Counted from the first letter of the stretch, positions 11,131 to 21,715 are shown. The stretch is DNA of 64,000 bases from Candidatus Latescibacterota bacterium (GCA_965261395.1 OZ253462.1:1888001-1952000); one strand, 5' to 3'. The notes: generated by a model from the sequence alone, not told the origin. A program made the numbers and translations.

Positions 11131-12267
11131 AAATCACGGCCATCAAACTCTCGGTTTTCGAGCTTCCAGCCACCACTCCCCTCTTCGATCTAGAGCGTGT
11201 CCCCTACGGCCATCGCACCCGCTGGCAGGCCTGCGGCCACCGCCGCGCCGAGGCTCCCATACACGTGCTGCACGTGCTGACCGACGAAGGCTTGGAGGGC
11301 GTCTGTACGGTCGGCGACGCCCGCTACCAGACCATGGCGCCGCGAAGAACTGGAGGCCCTGCGAATCATGGCTGTCGGCCAAGACCCGCTCGACCGCGAG
11401 CGGCTCGACGACAAGCTGCGCTGGGCTACCCGCTCGCTCTTTTCGCGCCCAGGCTGGCACGGGGCTTTCGACAATTGCCTCTGGGACATCGCCGGGCAAG
11501 CCGCCGGCCTCCCGGTCTGCGCCCTAATCGGCCGGGCGCGTCCGCGCTGCCGGGCCTATTACAACTTCCCCTCCGGCAGTTTCGACGCCGCCTTGGAAGG
11601 GGCGGACCAAGCGCTCGCAGCGGGCTTTGTGGCTCTCAAAGACCACTGGTCCGGCCTCCCGGACACCAACATCGCGTGGTCGCGTGCCATCCGCGATCAC
11701 GTCGGTCCCGACATCGATCTGTTGCACGACGCGGCCGGCAGCCCCTACACTCTGCGCGAAGCCCTGCGCGTTGGCCGCGCGTTGGAAGAACTCGACTACG
11801 GCTGGTTCGAGGAAGCGATTTCCGACCGCGACCTCCAAGGCTTGCAAACGCTGTGCGCCGAACTCGATATCCCAGTCATGGCCCTTGAGACCCTGATGCA
11901 CGACTACGAGATCTGCACCGCTTGGGTCCGCGCCGAGGCCACGGATCTCGTCCGCGCCAATGCCCGCCACGGCACCACGGCCACCCTCAAACTCGCCGAT
12001 TTAGCCGCTGCTTACCGAACCACCATCGAATTCAACGGCCCGGGCGGCCTTTTTGGTCTAGTCCACGCCCACCTAGTCTGCGCCCTGCAAAACACCACAT
12101 ACTACGAGTATTTCCCCGGTGGTAGCCGCGACGAAATCGGCCGCGAGATCGGCCTGCTCAATCCCCCGCTGCCCGTCGATGGCCACATCACGCCACCGGC
12201 TGGCCCCGGCTGGGGAGCCGAGTGGGACCGGGCTTATTTCGCCAAGAAGCGCGTGGCCGAATGGTAA
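11127..12267 (+). CDS. Mandelate racemase/MLE family enzyme; frameshift at ~11336
   Basis: GTG start VKITAIKL; removing one G at ACCATGGCGC joins to ...[18 protein letters not shown] of ORF 11368-12267. Confidence 0.75.
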
Positions 12268-12344
12268 ATCGCCATTGGTTGAAGCCCGTGACCCTGTTCA
12301 CTAAGTTACGGAGCAGACACCCATCACTTAGGGAGTAACCCACC

Positions 12345-13055
12345 GTGAACCTCAACGCCGCCCAAGTCCACTCCTACCGCGCCCAAGGCTACCTCGTCGT
12401 GCCGGAGGTATTCGCTCCCGACCAAGCCGAGGCCATGATTGGGCACTACATGGAGCTGCGCGCCCAAGGCCCCCATCCGGGCGACAGCGGCGGTACCGAC
12501 GACCGACCCGACGATCCCAATCACACCTACCCGCGCATGATCAACATGCACGACTGGGACCCCGCCAGTGCCACTTGGGCCACCCGCCCCGATCTGCTCG
12601 CCGCGGTCGAACAACTCATCGACGACGAGCCTGTCCTGCGCCAGACGATGCTCTACTTCAAGCCACCCGGCGGCCGCGGACAGGGCCTGCACCAAGACGA
12701 GCAGTACATCACTACCAAACCGCTGATCGGCCTGTGGATCGCCCTCGACCCGTCCGATGCTGCCGTCGGCCAGATGGTCGTCGTCCCCGGCTCGCACGGC
12801 CAACTCCGGCCCGTTGAAGAGGCCGACACGTATGTTTCTTTCACCCGCGCTCAGAGCCAGCTACCTCCCGGGGCCGCAATCGTCGGCCTCGACATGGCTC
12901 CCGGCGACGGCCTCTTCTTCGACGGCAAAACCATCCACGGCTCCTACCCCAACCAGACCGCCAACCGCTGGCGGCGCAGTTTTATCAGCCACTATATCGG
13001 CAAACATGCCGAGCACTTCGAGCCGCCCCAAGGCTTTCACGTGGCGCACGTGTGA
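12345..13055 (+). CDS. Phytanoyl-CoA dioxygenase (PhyH) family Fe(II)/2OG oxygenase
   Basis: LHQD HxD motif, VVPGSH, IHGS..N...R. Confidence 0.9.
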   Translation: MNLNAAQVHSYRAQGYLVVPEVFAPDQAEAMIGHYMELRAQGPHPGDSGGTDDRPDDPNHTYPRMINMHDWDPASATWATRPDLLAAVEQLIDDEPVLRQTMLYFKPPGGRGQGLHQDEQYITTKPLIGLWIALDPSDAAVGQMVVVPGSHGQLRPVEEADTYVSFTRAQSQLPPGAAIVGLDMAPGDGLFFDGKTIHGSYPNQTANRWRRSFISHYIGKHAEHFEPPQGFHVAHV

Positions 13056-13064
13056 GACCCCGCC

Positions 13065-13877
13065 ATGGCCTTCGCCTTTTCCGACCACCACATCGACGAG
13101 TACCGTACGCAGGGCTACACGGTCTTCCACCAAATCCTGCCGCCCTCACTGGTCGCCGACCTACGCCGAGTCTGCGACCAGGCGCGGGACTTGGCTCGTC
13201 AACAGCGCGGCCCCCAAGCCCAGCGCTTGCAGCCGATTGCCGACTTTCCGCTCGACCAGCAGCCCCTCGCCGACTACGTCGCGCTCCCGGCGCTCAACGA
13301 CGCTCTGCACCGCTTGCTCTCGCCGGCGTTTCGCGTCGGCGGCCCGCAGGTCATGGGCGTGCTCTTCGAGCCAGCCGAGTGGCCTTGGTGTACCCACTGG
13401 CATCGCGACTGGCGCGACAATATGCCCGGCTTGGAGCTGGCGAGTTGGGACGAAAACTTTGCCGACGACCGCTACTTCAACCAAGTCAACTGCGCCCTGT
13501 ACGCTGACTCGTGCACGTGGGTCGTCCCCGGCAGCCACCTGCGCCGCGACCTACCGTGCGAAGTAGCGTGCTTCCCCGAGCGCCCCATCGCCACGCCCGA
13601 TCTCGAAGGACAATCCGCTACCGAACGCGAGTGGACCTGCCTCGGTTACACAAAAAGTATGCCCGGTGCCCGGCAGCTCTTCCTCGACGCCGGCGACTTC
13701 TGCCTCTACCGCAATACGCTATGGCACATCGGCAACTACGTGCCCTACGCCAAAAGGGCGACCCTGCACGACGCAGTAGATACCGACGAGTTTGTGGCGT
13801 GGCGCGACGAGACCTTGCGCCTAGTCCAAGCGCGGCGAGCGGCGGGACACGGGATGGAAAATCCCAATCATGGCTAA
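13065..13877 (+). CDS. PhyH family Fe(II)/2OG oxygenase
   Basis: WHRD, VVPGSH, LWHIG...R. Confidence 0.85.
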   Translation: MAFAFSDHHIDEYRTQGYTVFHQILPPSLVADLRRVCDQARDLARQQRGPQAQRLQPIADFPLDQQPLADYVALPALNDALHRLLSPAFRVGGPQVMGVLFEPAEWPWCTHWHRDWRDNMPGLELASWDENFADDRYFNQVNCALYADSCTWVVPGSHLRRDLPCEVACFPERPIATPDLEGQSATEREWTCLGYTKSMPGARQLFLDAGDFCLYRNTLWHIGNYVPYAKRATLHDAVDTDEFVAWRDETLRLVQARRAAGHGMENPNHG

Positions 13878-14193
13878 AAACAGCCGCCTCATATATTCCT
13901 CTGATACCGGCCGCGTAGCGCAGCAAAAAAAGCAAGATGCGGCACCCACCGGCGACGGCATCGCCCGCGTGCGCCGCGAGAAAAAGGGCCGCGGCGGCAA
14001 GACTGTCACCACGGTCTCGGGTCTGCGGCTGTCCGCAGCCGAACTGAAGGCCCTCGCCTCCGAACTCAAGCGCAAATGCGGCAGCGGTGGGTCGGTCGTC
14101 GATCGCGTAATAGAAATTCAGGGGGACAAAGTGGATGTCGTGCTCGCCGAGCTAGCCAAGCGCGGCTATCAGGCCAAGCGCGCGGGCGGCTGA
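13870..14193 (+). CDS. yciH: SUI1 family translation factor YciH
   Basis: REKKGRGGKTVT, LKRKCGSGG, IEIQGD. Confidence 0.93.
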   Translation: MAKNSRLIYSSDTGRVAQQKKQDAAPTGDGIARVRREKKGRGGKTVTTVSGLRLSAAELKALASELKRKCGSGGSVVDRVIEIQGDKVDVVLAELAKRGYQAKRAGG

Positions 14194-14799
14194 TTACTCC
14201 AGCTCGAACACAAACGGCAGGCTGACCCACACCGGGACGGCGCGGTCGTTTTGCACAGCCGGCACGAACTCCCAAGCCTTGGCGGCCTGCGCCACCACGC
14301 GATGAAAGACCTGCGGCCCCTCGATGCGGTCGATGTGCTCGACCCGCCCCTCTCGACCCACCAACACCCGCGCAAAAACCTTGCCCTCCACCAGTGCTCT
14401 CCGCGCACTGTCGGGATAGGCCGGCATAACCTTCTTAAACACTTTCGGCGGCTGCTCCACCATCCACAACTCCGCGATTTCCTCTTCCGCCTCGAAAGGA
14501 AACTCGGTCACCACCACGGGTGGGGGCAGCTTATGCTCGCGCATGGGCCGCGCGTACGCCACCGGCTCGATGCGCCGGACCGGCGGCGGCGGTGGCAAGG
14601 GCAGCCGCATCTCCGTCTCAGGAACAAATTCCAGCTCGATAACCGCAGGCCGCTGCACGGGCCTGTTCGCGTCGAACACAATCTGCGGATCAATCGCCAC
14701 CACCGCGGCCAGCAACAAGACCACAAGCCCCGCCGAAGCCCACAGATCCCGCATGTAGGTTCGCTTGAGGTCTGCATCTTTGCTCTTCAGCCGGATCAT
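14194..14799 (-). CDS. TonB family energy transducer
   Basis: N-terminal TM, Pro-rich linker, YP..ARR..VEGKV, WEFVPA. Confidence 0.8.
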   Translation of the reverse strand: MIRLKSKDADLKRTYMRDLWASAGLVVLLLAAVVAIDPQIVFDANRPVQRPAVIELEFVPETEMRLPLPPPPPVRRIEPVAYARPMREHKLPPPVVVTEFPFEAEEEIAELWMVEQPPKVFKKVMPAYPDSARRALVEGKVFARVLVGREGRVEHIDRIEGPQVFHRVVAQAAKAWEFVPAVQNDRAVPVWVSLPFVFELE

Positions 14800-14812
14800 G
14801 CTGGCCTCGGCA

Positions 14813-16090
14813 TCAACTAGAGGGAGGAATTTGCTTGCCTTGCGGATCTTGCTCGGCGCTGATTTGCGCGTCCAACTCGGCGGCCAGCTCGCCGCCGATA
14901 AAGTGCTCAATCGCGTCGGCCGGGTCGTGGACGTGATCTTCGGGCAGGCCCAAATGGCTCATATAGGTCTCCCAAAGCCGGTGATGGCGCAACAAGCGCA
15001 GCGCGGTTTGTTGGCCCTTTGCCGACAATTCGACCACGCCATTCGCCTGTACCAGCAGTTGCCGCCGCTGCAGATTGCCAAACGCCAGCCGCGCCAGCAG
15101 ATTCCAAACGGCCGCCGCCGCTACCAGCTCGGCGGGCCGCAGCCCAGCGCCCTCGGCCTCCTTCTCCTTGCGCCGCACTAGCGCGAGCAGCATGTGATCT
15201 TGCGCCACTTGTAGCGACAGCCGCACGCGCTGATAGACCCGCGCCAGCACGCCCTGATTGGGTGAAAAAAGCAGGGAAAAGAGGAATATCCCGCCGATGA
15301 CCACCACCATAGCGCCGGCGATGGAGCTATTCCAGAAGCTGGCCAAAAAATAACCCGCCACGGCCGAGGCCATCCCAAAGAACACGGCCAACCCTATCAC
15401 CGCGATGAGCCGGTCGCTCCACAGGTAGGCGGCGGCTCCAGGCACGATCAGCATGGCCACGACCAAAATCGCGCCCACGGACTCAAACGACGCCACCGTG
15501 GTCAGCGCCACCAACCCCATCAACAGATAGTGCATCAGCGCGGCGTTGATCCCCACCGACATGGCCATGGCCGGATCGAACGCGGAGATCTTGAATTCCT
15601 TGTACAAGAGCGCGATCACAATCAGGTTAATCGCCAGCACCGCGCCCAATATCCACACCGGCCGCGGCCCCAGCGACTCGTCTTCCCACAGCAGCAGATC
15701 CCAGGGAGTATAGGCGATCTCGCCGTAGAGCACGCACTCCTGATCGAGATCCACTTGACCGGCATACGCGGTGATGATCACCACGCCCAGCGCGAAAAGC
15801 GCGGTAAACACAATGCCGATGGCCGCATCCTCTTGCACGCGCCACCGCCGGTGGAATGCCTCGACCAACAGCGTGGTCAACAAGCCGAAGGCGGCAGCAC
15901 CCAAAAACATCGGCAGCACCGCGCGGCTGCCCGACAACAGGAAGGCCACGGCGATCCCAGGCAGCACGGCGTGGCTCAAAGCGTCGCCCAACAGCGACAT
16001 CTTGCGCAGCACCAAGAAGGTGCCCAACAGGGCGCAGGACGCGGTGACCAACACGCCGGTGAGCACGATCCAGAAAGCACCTTCGATCAC
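14813..16090 (-). CDS. Mn/Zn/Fe ABC permease (TroD/MntD-like) with C-terminal DtxR-like domain
   Basis: DALSHAVLPG, VDLD..CVLYGE; C-terminal RHHRLWETY...A..IEH; GTG start inferred. Confidence 0.88.
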   Translation of the reverse strand: MIEGAFWIVLTGVLVTASCALLGTFLVLRKMSLLGDALSHAVLPGIAVAFLLSGSRAVLPMFLGAAAFGLLTTLLVEAFHRRWRVQEDAAIGIVFTALFALGVVIITAYAGQVDLDQECVLYGEIAYTPWDLLLWEDESLGPRPVWILGAVLAINLIVIALLYKEFKISAFDPAMAMSVGINAALMHYLLMGLVALTTVASFESVGAILVVAMLIVPGAAAYLWSDRLIAVIGLAVFFGMASAVAGYFLASFWNSSIAGAMVVVIGGIFLFSLLFSPNQGVLARVYQRVRLSLQVAQDHMLLALVRRKEKEAEGAGLRPAELVAAAAVWNLLARLAFGNLQRRQLLVQANGVVELSAKGQQTALRLLRHHRLWETYMSHLGLPEDHVHDPADAIEHFIGGELAAELDAQISAEQDPQGKQIPPSS

Positions 16091-17415
16091 TCGCGGCCTC
16101 CCCGGCGGTAGTGGCTGCCGGTGCCGTGGATATTGACGATCCGGGCCGGGTCTAGCCCTTGCTCGCGCTGGAGGATGTCCTCTAGCTGGGCGATGATTTC
16201 CGGCGTCAGCAAGTGCTCGACTTCGTCGGCGGGCCGATCCACGTGATCGGCGTCGAGTATGGCCCGGTAGTACAAATAGTGCTCCCACAAACGGTGTGAT
16301 TTGACCACGAAAAGCCCTTCCTCCGCGCCTAGGGCCATCAGGGCGAAACGCTCACTTTGATCGGATACTAGTCCCTTTTTGGCGAGCCGCCGCCCGAGGC
16401 GTTTGACCCGGTCCGGCGACAGGCCCATCTCAATGGCCAACTCCTCCACGGCCAAGGAGCGGCTCGTCCCCTGCTTCTCTTGCAGCTCGATGCAGGCGCG
16501 CAAAAAGTGCTGTCGGCTCTCGCGGTGGCTGTTGTGCCGCTGCCTGCGCCACCGCGCCAACACCCCTCGCCGAGGCGCAAAAAGAGCCGAGACCACAAAG
16601 CACAAGGTGGCGATGAGTACCATCACCGGGCCGGTGGGAATCCGCGGCACCAAGGAGCTGATGAAGGTGCCGACGATGCCCGACAACCCCCCGAAAGCAG
16701 CGGCGAGCAACACCATCTTGTGCAACTGCTCGGTCCAAAAGCGAGCTGCCACGGCGGGCGTGATGAGCATGGCCGCAATCAGCACCACGCCTACGGCCTG
16801 CAAGCCGACGATCACCGTCAGCGCGATCAACCCCATCAGCAAGGCGTCGATCCAGCGGGACGAGTAGCCGAGCGTCTGCAAAAAGTCCGCGTCGAAAATC
16901 AGCGCCTTGAACTCCTTAAAAAACAAGGCCAACGCGAGGATGATGAAGCCCGCCAGCACGCTCATTACGCGCAGGTCGTCATCCACCAGTGAGGCTGCCT
17001 GCCCAAAGAGGAACTTGTCCAAGCCGCTCTGATTGCCCGTGCCGACCCGCTGAACGTGGGTCAACAGCACGATCCCCACGCCAAAAAATACCGATAGCAC
17101 AATGCCGATGGCCGCATCCGCTTTGATGCGGGTAAAGTTGATGATGAACTGCATCACCAACACGCCGAGCACCCCGGAAATCGCCGCGCCCGTCAGCAGC
17201 ACCGGCAGGGCCTTGCTCCCAGTCCACAAATAGGCCAACGCTACCCCGGGCAAGGCCGCGTGCGCCAGCGCGTCGCCGACGAGGCTCCGCCGCCGCAACA
17301 CCGCAAACGACCCCAGCAACCCCCCGGTCGCGCCGATCAGCAGGGAGCCGATCAGCACGAAGCGCACGTTGGCGTCGGCCAAGCTCAAAAAGCGCAGGGC
17401 ATTTTCGACTAGCAT
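16087..17415 (-). CDS. Mn/Zn/Fe ABC permease (TroC/MntC-like) with C-terminal DtxR-like domain
   Basis: DALAHAALPG, LFGQAA; C-terminal SHRLWEHYL...ADEVEH. Confidence 0.88.
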   Translation of the reverse strand: MLVENALRFLSLADANVRFVLIGSLLIGATGGLLGSFAVLRRRSLVGDALAHAALPGVALAYLWTGSKALPVLLTGAAISGVLGVLVMQFIINFTRIKADAAIGIVLSVFFGVGIVLLTHVQRVGTGNQSGLDKFLFGQAASLVDDDLRVMSVLAGFIILALALFFKEFKALIFDADFLQTLGYSSRWIDALLMGLIALTVIVGLQAVGVVLIAAMLITPAVAARFWTEQLHKMVLLAAAFGGLSGIVGTFISSLVPRIPTGPVMVLIATLCFVVSALFAPRRGVLARWRRQRHNSHRESRQHFLRACIELQEKQGTSRSLAVEELAIEMGLSPDRVKRLGRRLAKKGLVSDQSERFALMALGAEEGLFVVKSHRLWEHYLYYRAILDADHVDRPADEVEHLLTPEIIAQLEDILQREQGLDPARIVNIHGTGSHYRRGGRE

Positions 17416-17417
17416 CG

Positions 17418-18188
17418 TCAGCCCTCGCGCCGCTGCTCAGCTATGGCTTGGGCGGCCTGCGAGAGCACGGTCAGCCGGCCCCCATAGGTCTTTTGCAGGT
17501 TGCCGTCGGTAAAGACCTCGCGGGTTGGGCCGGACGCCACGACCCGCATATTGAGCATGATGACCCAATCGAAATATTCGGTTACGGTCTGCAAGTCGTG
17601 GTGTACGACCAAGATGGTTTTTCCCTGCTCGCGCAGGGTGACCAAGCTGGCGATGATCGCGCGCTCGGTCGCCGCATCCACGCCGGCAAGAGGCTCGTCC
17701 ATGATGTAGATGCGGGCCTCTTGGGCTAAGGCGCGGGCGAGAAAGACCCGCTGCTGTTGGCCGCCCGATAGCTGGCTTATTTGCCGCTCGGCAAAGGGGG
17801 CCATGTCCACCTCGTCGAGGGCCGCCCAAGCCAAGCGGCGATCTTCCTTGCTCGGCCGCCGCATCCATCCCACGTGGCCGTAGCGGCCCATCAGCACCAC
17901 GTCGAGCGCGTTGATCGGGAAATCCCAATCCACGGACTCGCGCTGCGGCACATAGCCGATGATCTTGCGCATCTGGCTGTAGTCCTCGCCATAGATCTTG
18001 ACCCACCCCGACGCCTTGGGCACGAGGTCCATAACGGCCTTGATCATGGTGCTTTTGCCCGAGCCGTTGGGACCGATGATGCCCACGAGCTGCCCTTCGG
18101 GCACATCGAGATCGACGTCCCACAGCACCGGCTTCTTGTGGTAGGCAATGGTCATGTCGTGGATCTGGATGGGATGGGGAACGCTCAT
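17418..18188 (-). CDS. Metal ABC transporter ATP-binding protein (TroB-like)
   Basis: GPNGSGKS, LSGGQQQR, MDEP, VHHD. Confidence 0.92.
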   Translation of the reverse strand: MSVPHPIQIHDMTIAYHKKPVLWDVDLDVPEGQLVGIIGPNGSGKSTMIKAVMDLVPKASGWVKIYGEDYSQMRKIIGYVPQRESVDWDFPINALDVVLMGRYGHVGWMRRPSKEDRRLAWAALDEVDMAPFAERQISQLSGGQQQRVFLARALAQEARIYIMDEPLAGVDAATERAIIASLVTLREQGKTILVVHHDLQTVTEYFDWVIMLNMRVVASGPTREVFTDGNLQKTYGGRLTVLSQAAQAIAEQRREG

Positions 18189-19081
18189 TGCAAGGCTCCC
18201 ACCATGGTGTTGACGTTGCTTTCGACCATGCCCACATAGGTGTCGGCACCGCTGCCGGCGGCCCCCATCGCATCCGAGTATAGGGTGCCACCTATTTTCA
18301 CTTGGAAGCCGCGGCCCAAGCACCCTTCGCGCACGGCCTCAATCGAGCGCACGGGTACGCTGCTCTCGACGAATATGGCCTTGACCTCGCGCTCCACGAT
18401 TAGATCGACTAGCCGGGTGACGTCGTTGACCCCGTAATCGGCCACCGTGGAAATGCCTTGCAGGCCGATGACCTCCACTCCGTAGGCCCGGCCAAAATAG
18501 CCAAAGGCATCGTGGGCCGTAATCAGCACGCGGCTAGCCTCCGGCAGCATCTCGACCTGCTCGACGACCCATTGGTGCAGCGAGTCGAGGCGCGCTCGGT
18601 AGCGGGTGCCGTTCTGGCGATAGACCGACGCCCCGTCTGGGTCCAGTGCGCTCAGGCGAGCCACGACCGGCTCGATCGTCTGCGCCCACAGCGATACGTC
18701 GAACCATATATGGGGATCGAAGTTGCCCTCGAATTCCGGAGGACGCAGCAAGCGCTCCTCTGGTATTTTCTTGGCAACGGCCAACACCTGTTTGCTGCGG
18801 GCCATTTTGGCGAAGATGTTTTCCATCTTGCCTTCGAGAAAAAGGCCGTTGAAGAGAATCAAATCTGCACCCGTCAGCTTGGCCAAATCGCCTTGCGATG
18901 CCTTGTAGTAATGAGGATCGACGCCCGGACCCATCATCCCGACCACCGCGATGCGGTCGCCGCCGATATTGCGGGCGAGGTCGGCCACCATTCCGGTAGT
19001 ACACACCACCTCAATCCGCCCGTCTCCGCGCTCGGGAGCATCGCAACCCAACGCGCACAACAAAATAAAAATCCAGAACAT
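18185..19081 (-). CDS. Metal ABC substrate-binding lipoprotein (TroA-like)
   Basis: Lipobox ALGC, DPHYY, DPHIW, HDAFGYF, YSDAMG. Confidence 0.92.
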   Translation of the reverse strand: MFWIFILLCALGCDAPERGDGRIEVVCTTGMVADLARNIGGDRIAVVGMMGPGVDPHYYKASQGDLAKLTGADLILFNGLFLEGKMENIFAKMARSKQVLAVAKKIPEERLLRPPEFEGNFDPHIWFDVSLWAQTIEPVVARLSALDPDGASVYRQNGTRYRARLDSLHQWVVEQVEMLPEASRVLITAHDAFGYFGRAYGVEVIGLQGISTVADYGVNDVTRLVDLIVEREVKAIFVESSVPVRSIEAVREGCLGRGFQVKIGGTLYSDAMGAAGSGADTYVGMVESNVNTMVGALQ

Positions 19082-19100
19082 GGTCCCTTGCTTATCCAAT

Positions 19101-19144
19101 TTTAGTTGCATACAAAAATAAAATTTAGTCATGGCTAAAAATTT
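19101..19144. promoter_or_regulatory. Putative MntR/TroR operators
   Basis: Palindrome TTTAG-TCATGG-CTAAA (19124-19139) and degenerate TTTAG-TTGCAT-ACAAA (19101-19116) between the divergent transporter and regulator. Confidence 0.7.
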
Positions 19145-19207
19145 GTCAAGGTCATTGATAAATCTGTTTTTGGCCCTATCTTAAGAACGAGGCAAGGCAC
19201 GTAACCT

Positions 19208-19888
19208 GTGGAGGTAAGGGGATTGCTTACTCAGGCTATTGAGGACTATCTCAAGACGATCTACAAACTGCAGCACAGCGACGAGCCCGGTGGGCGCGTC
19301 ACCACCTCGGTGATTGCCAGCCGCATGGAAGTGGCCGCGGCCTCGGCGACCAACATGATCAAGAAACTCGCCGAGATGAATTTGCTCATGTACACGCCAT
19401 ACCGAGGGGTCGAGCTAACGGCTAGCGGCGAGAAGATCGCCTTGGAGACCATCCGCCACCACCGCTTGATCGAGCTGTATCTCAGCCAAGCGTTGGGTTA
19501 TTCTTGGGACCAAATAGACGCCGAGGCCGACCGCCTAGAGCACGCTATTTCCGAGGAGTTTGAGGATCGCATCGACGAGGCTTTGGGCTATCCGACCGTC
19601 GGCGCTCACGGCGAGCCGATCCCCACCAAGCAAGGCCAGATCGAGCACCCGAAGTACCGCCGTCTCTCCGAGCTACAAGACGGCCAATCCGCAGTCATCC
19701 GCCGAGTCAGCGACCGCAACCCCCAGATGCTGCGCTATATGGAAAATTTGCACTTGCTCTTGGGCACCCGAATCGAAGTCACCGCTAGGGCACCCTTTAA
19801 CGGCCCGCTGCAATTGAAGATCGATGCTGCCAAGGAGGTGTCGCTGGGGCTGGAAGTGGCTGGTAGTATTTTCGTCGAAGCCGACTAA
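19208..19888 (+). CDS. mntR: DtxR/MntR family metalloregulator with FeoA-like domain
   Basis: EDYLKTIY, RHHRLIE, EADRLEH, HGEPIP. Confidence 0.9.
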   Translation: MEVRGLLTQAIEDYLKTIYKLQHSDEPGGRVTTSVIASRMEVAAASATNMIKKLAEMNLLMYTPYRGVELTASGEKIALETIRHHRLIELYLSQALGYSWDQIDAEADRLEHAISEEFEDRIDEALGYPTVGAHGEPIPTKQGQIEHPKYRRLSELQDGQSAVIRRVSDRNPQMLRYMENLHLLLGTRIEVTARAPFNGPLQLKIDAAKEVSLGLEVAGSIFVEAD

Positions 19889-20538
19889 GAGCCTTCTTCC
19901 TGACCCCCGGTGTGCCCATTGGAAGACGAGAGGCGATGGAGCTTGCTTTCCGCCTCCAGCAGGGGGATCATTTGATCAAAGTACGCGCAGAGCGCGTGTA
20001 GGCGGCCATTTTCGGTCGTCATTTCTAGCAGTCGTTGCCTAATCCCCAAGTCGAGGCCCGTCACTTGGGCGATTTGAAAGGCGCTTTGCAGCGGCCCTAC
20101 TTCGGCCCGCGCGCCGGTCACTTCTTCGAGTTGCCCCACCAATTTCTCTAAGGCTGCAACGGCCTTGGCCAAGAGCACTGGATCTGTCGGCTCCTCGGCG
20201 TCATCTACGTACTCTACCCACGCCTCTAAGTAGGGCTTGCCCTCGGCGATGCGAGCAATGCGAAAGCGTCGCGCGCCGCGGACGATGATGTTGAGTCGGC
20301 CATCGTCGAACTCGTCGAGCACTTTGGCCAACAGCATCGCGCAGCCCACCTCGCCCTGCACCTCGCGGTCTTCCCCCAGAATCATGCCAATGGGCAGGTC
20401 CTCGCCGCGCTCGTCAGCCGCCCGCACATCGGCGAGCAGCTGCTTGTAGCGCGGCTCAAATATGTGCAGGGGCACGATTTGGCCGGGGAAGACGACCACC
20501 GGCAAGGGAAAGAGTGGGATCGGATTGCGATCTAGCAT
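19885..20538 (-). CDS. Lon N-terminal substrate-binding domain protein
   Basis: IPLFPL.VVVFPG..VPLHIFEPRY. Confidence 0.88.
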   Translation of the reverse strand: MLDRNPIPLFPLPVVVFPGQIVPLHIFEPRYKQLLADVRAADERGEDLPIGMILGEDREVQGEVGCAMLLAKVLDEFDDGRLNIIVRGARRFRIARIAEGKPYLEAWVEYVDDAEEPTDPVLLAKAVAALEKLVGQLEEVTGARAEVGPLQSAFQIAQVTGLDLGIRQRLLEMTTENGRLHALCAYFDQMIPLLEAESKLHRLSSSNGHTGGQEEGS

Positions 20539-20592
20539 GGACGCGTCGTGTTGGGTTGGTTGGTAAGAGCAAATTAAACCGCCGATACCGGA

Positions 20593-21608
20593 GTGGGCAA
20601 GCGGCTCGTCGGCAGGAGCAGCCTTGCTCCTGCTAGGCTTCGATCTGCTGCGACGCTGGTCGCGGCCGGTTTGCACCAAGCGTGGTTCAAATACATCGGC
20701 TCGGGAAAGAATATCCGCACCGCCGATCTCCCCGTTGCCTTGAACAAGAAGTCGGCCCACTGCTTCCTCGCGGCCCCCGACGACCTCTCCATAGCCCATG
20801 CCTTGCGCTGGGGTCAAGTCTTGGGGCAAGGCGGCAGTCCGGCGTTGGCGCGGGCGGTGATTGGCACCCGGCTGGGCCAGTCGTTTGAAAACGAGGATTT
20901 TTGGTCCACCGCGATCCTGTTTTTTGTCAATAATCCCATGCTCGACCCGGCCCACGTCGGTCCCATCGTCGATTTTATTTACGATCAGAAATACGTGCCG
21001 CAGCAAATCGTCCTGCCCGGTGGTGGCGTCGAGCAGAGGCCGCCGGCGCAGCCGAACTTCTCGATGAAGAGTCGCAGCATCCCCAAGCTGTTGCGCCAAG
21101 TTGACGAGTGGCACGAAGCGCTGGCTCGGCAGGTGCTGCCACCCGATGCAGACGCCGAGCCAGACAGAGCTGGTGGCAAAAAGAGCCGCGTCCGGCCTAT
21201 GTCTTGGGGAGCTTCGAGTATCGGCGAATTCGAGCAGAAGCAGGAGGACAAGCCACTCGGCGAGACCCTCACCTGGAGCATCAAGGAGCTGCTCCCAACC
21301 ACGAACTGGGGGCCGAGGGCCGCGAAATGGGCCACTGCGTCTATACCTACGCCAAGAGCTGCCGCAACGGCAGTACCTCGATCTGGTCCCTCGGCGTAGA
21401 AGACGGCAAAGGCCACCGCCACCGCATCCTCACCATCGCCGTCGATCCACGCAGCCGCGCCATCACCCAAATCCGCGGCCGCTACAATGTCCTGCCCAGC
21501 GCCAAAAACAAAAAGAACTTAGAGCGCGCCTACCAGAAGATGCTGCTCCGCTCGCAGAACGTGCTCGGGCAGTGGATGAGCCGCGAATTCATCAGCAAGC
21601 GCTGCTGA
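20593..21608 (+). pseudogene. PcfJ-like domain protein, frameshifted at ~21295 (possibly also 5'-truncated)
   Basis: LLRQVDEWH then, in the next frame, EL..EGREMGHCVYTY...ITQIRGRYN. Confidence 0.6.
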
Positions 21609-21665
21609 TTTTCTCTCGCAGTACGGCCAATACCTCGGCGACCTCCTGACAATCCGTGGGAAGAC

Positions 21666-21694
21666 TTGTAGAGTGAACGGTATTACCGTACACT
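21666..21694 (+). promoter_or_regulatory. higBA promoter with overlapping operator palindrome
   Basis: TTGTAG-17bp-TACACT; palindrome ACGGTA-T-TACCGT at 21677-21689. Confidence 0.65.
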
Positions 21695-21715
21695 TAGAGC
21701 ATGATTATTTAGAGC

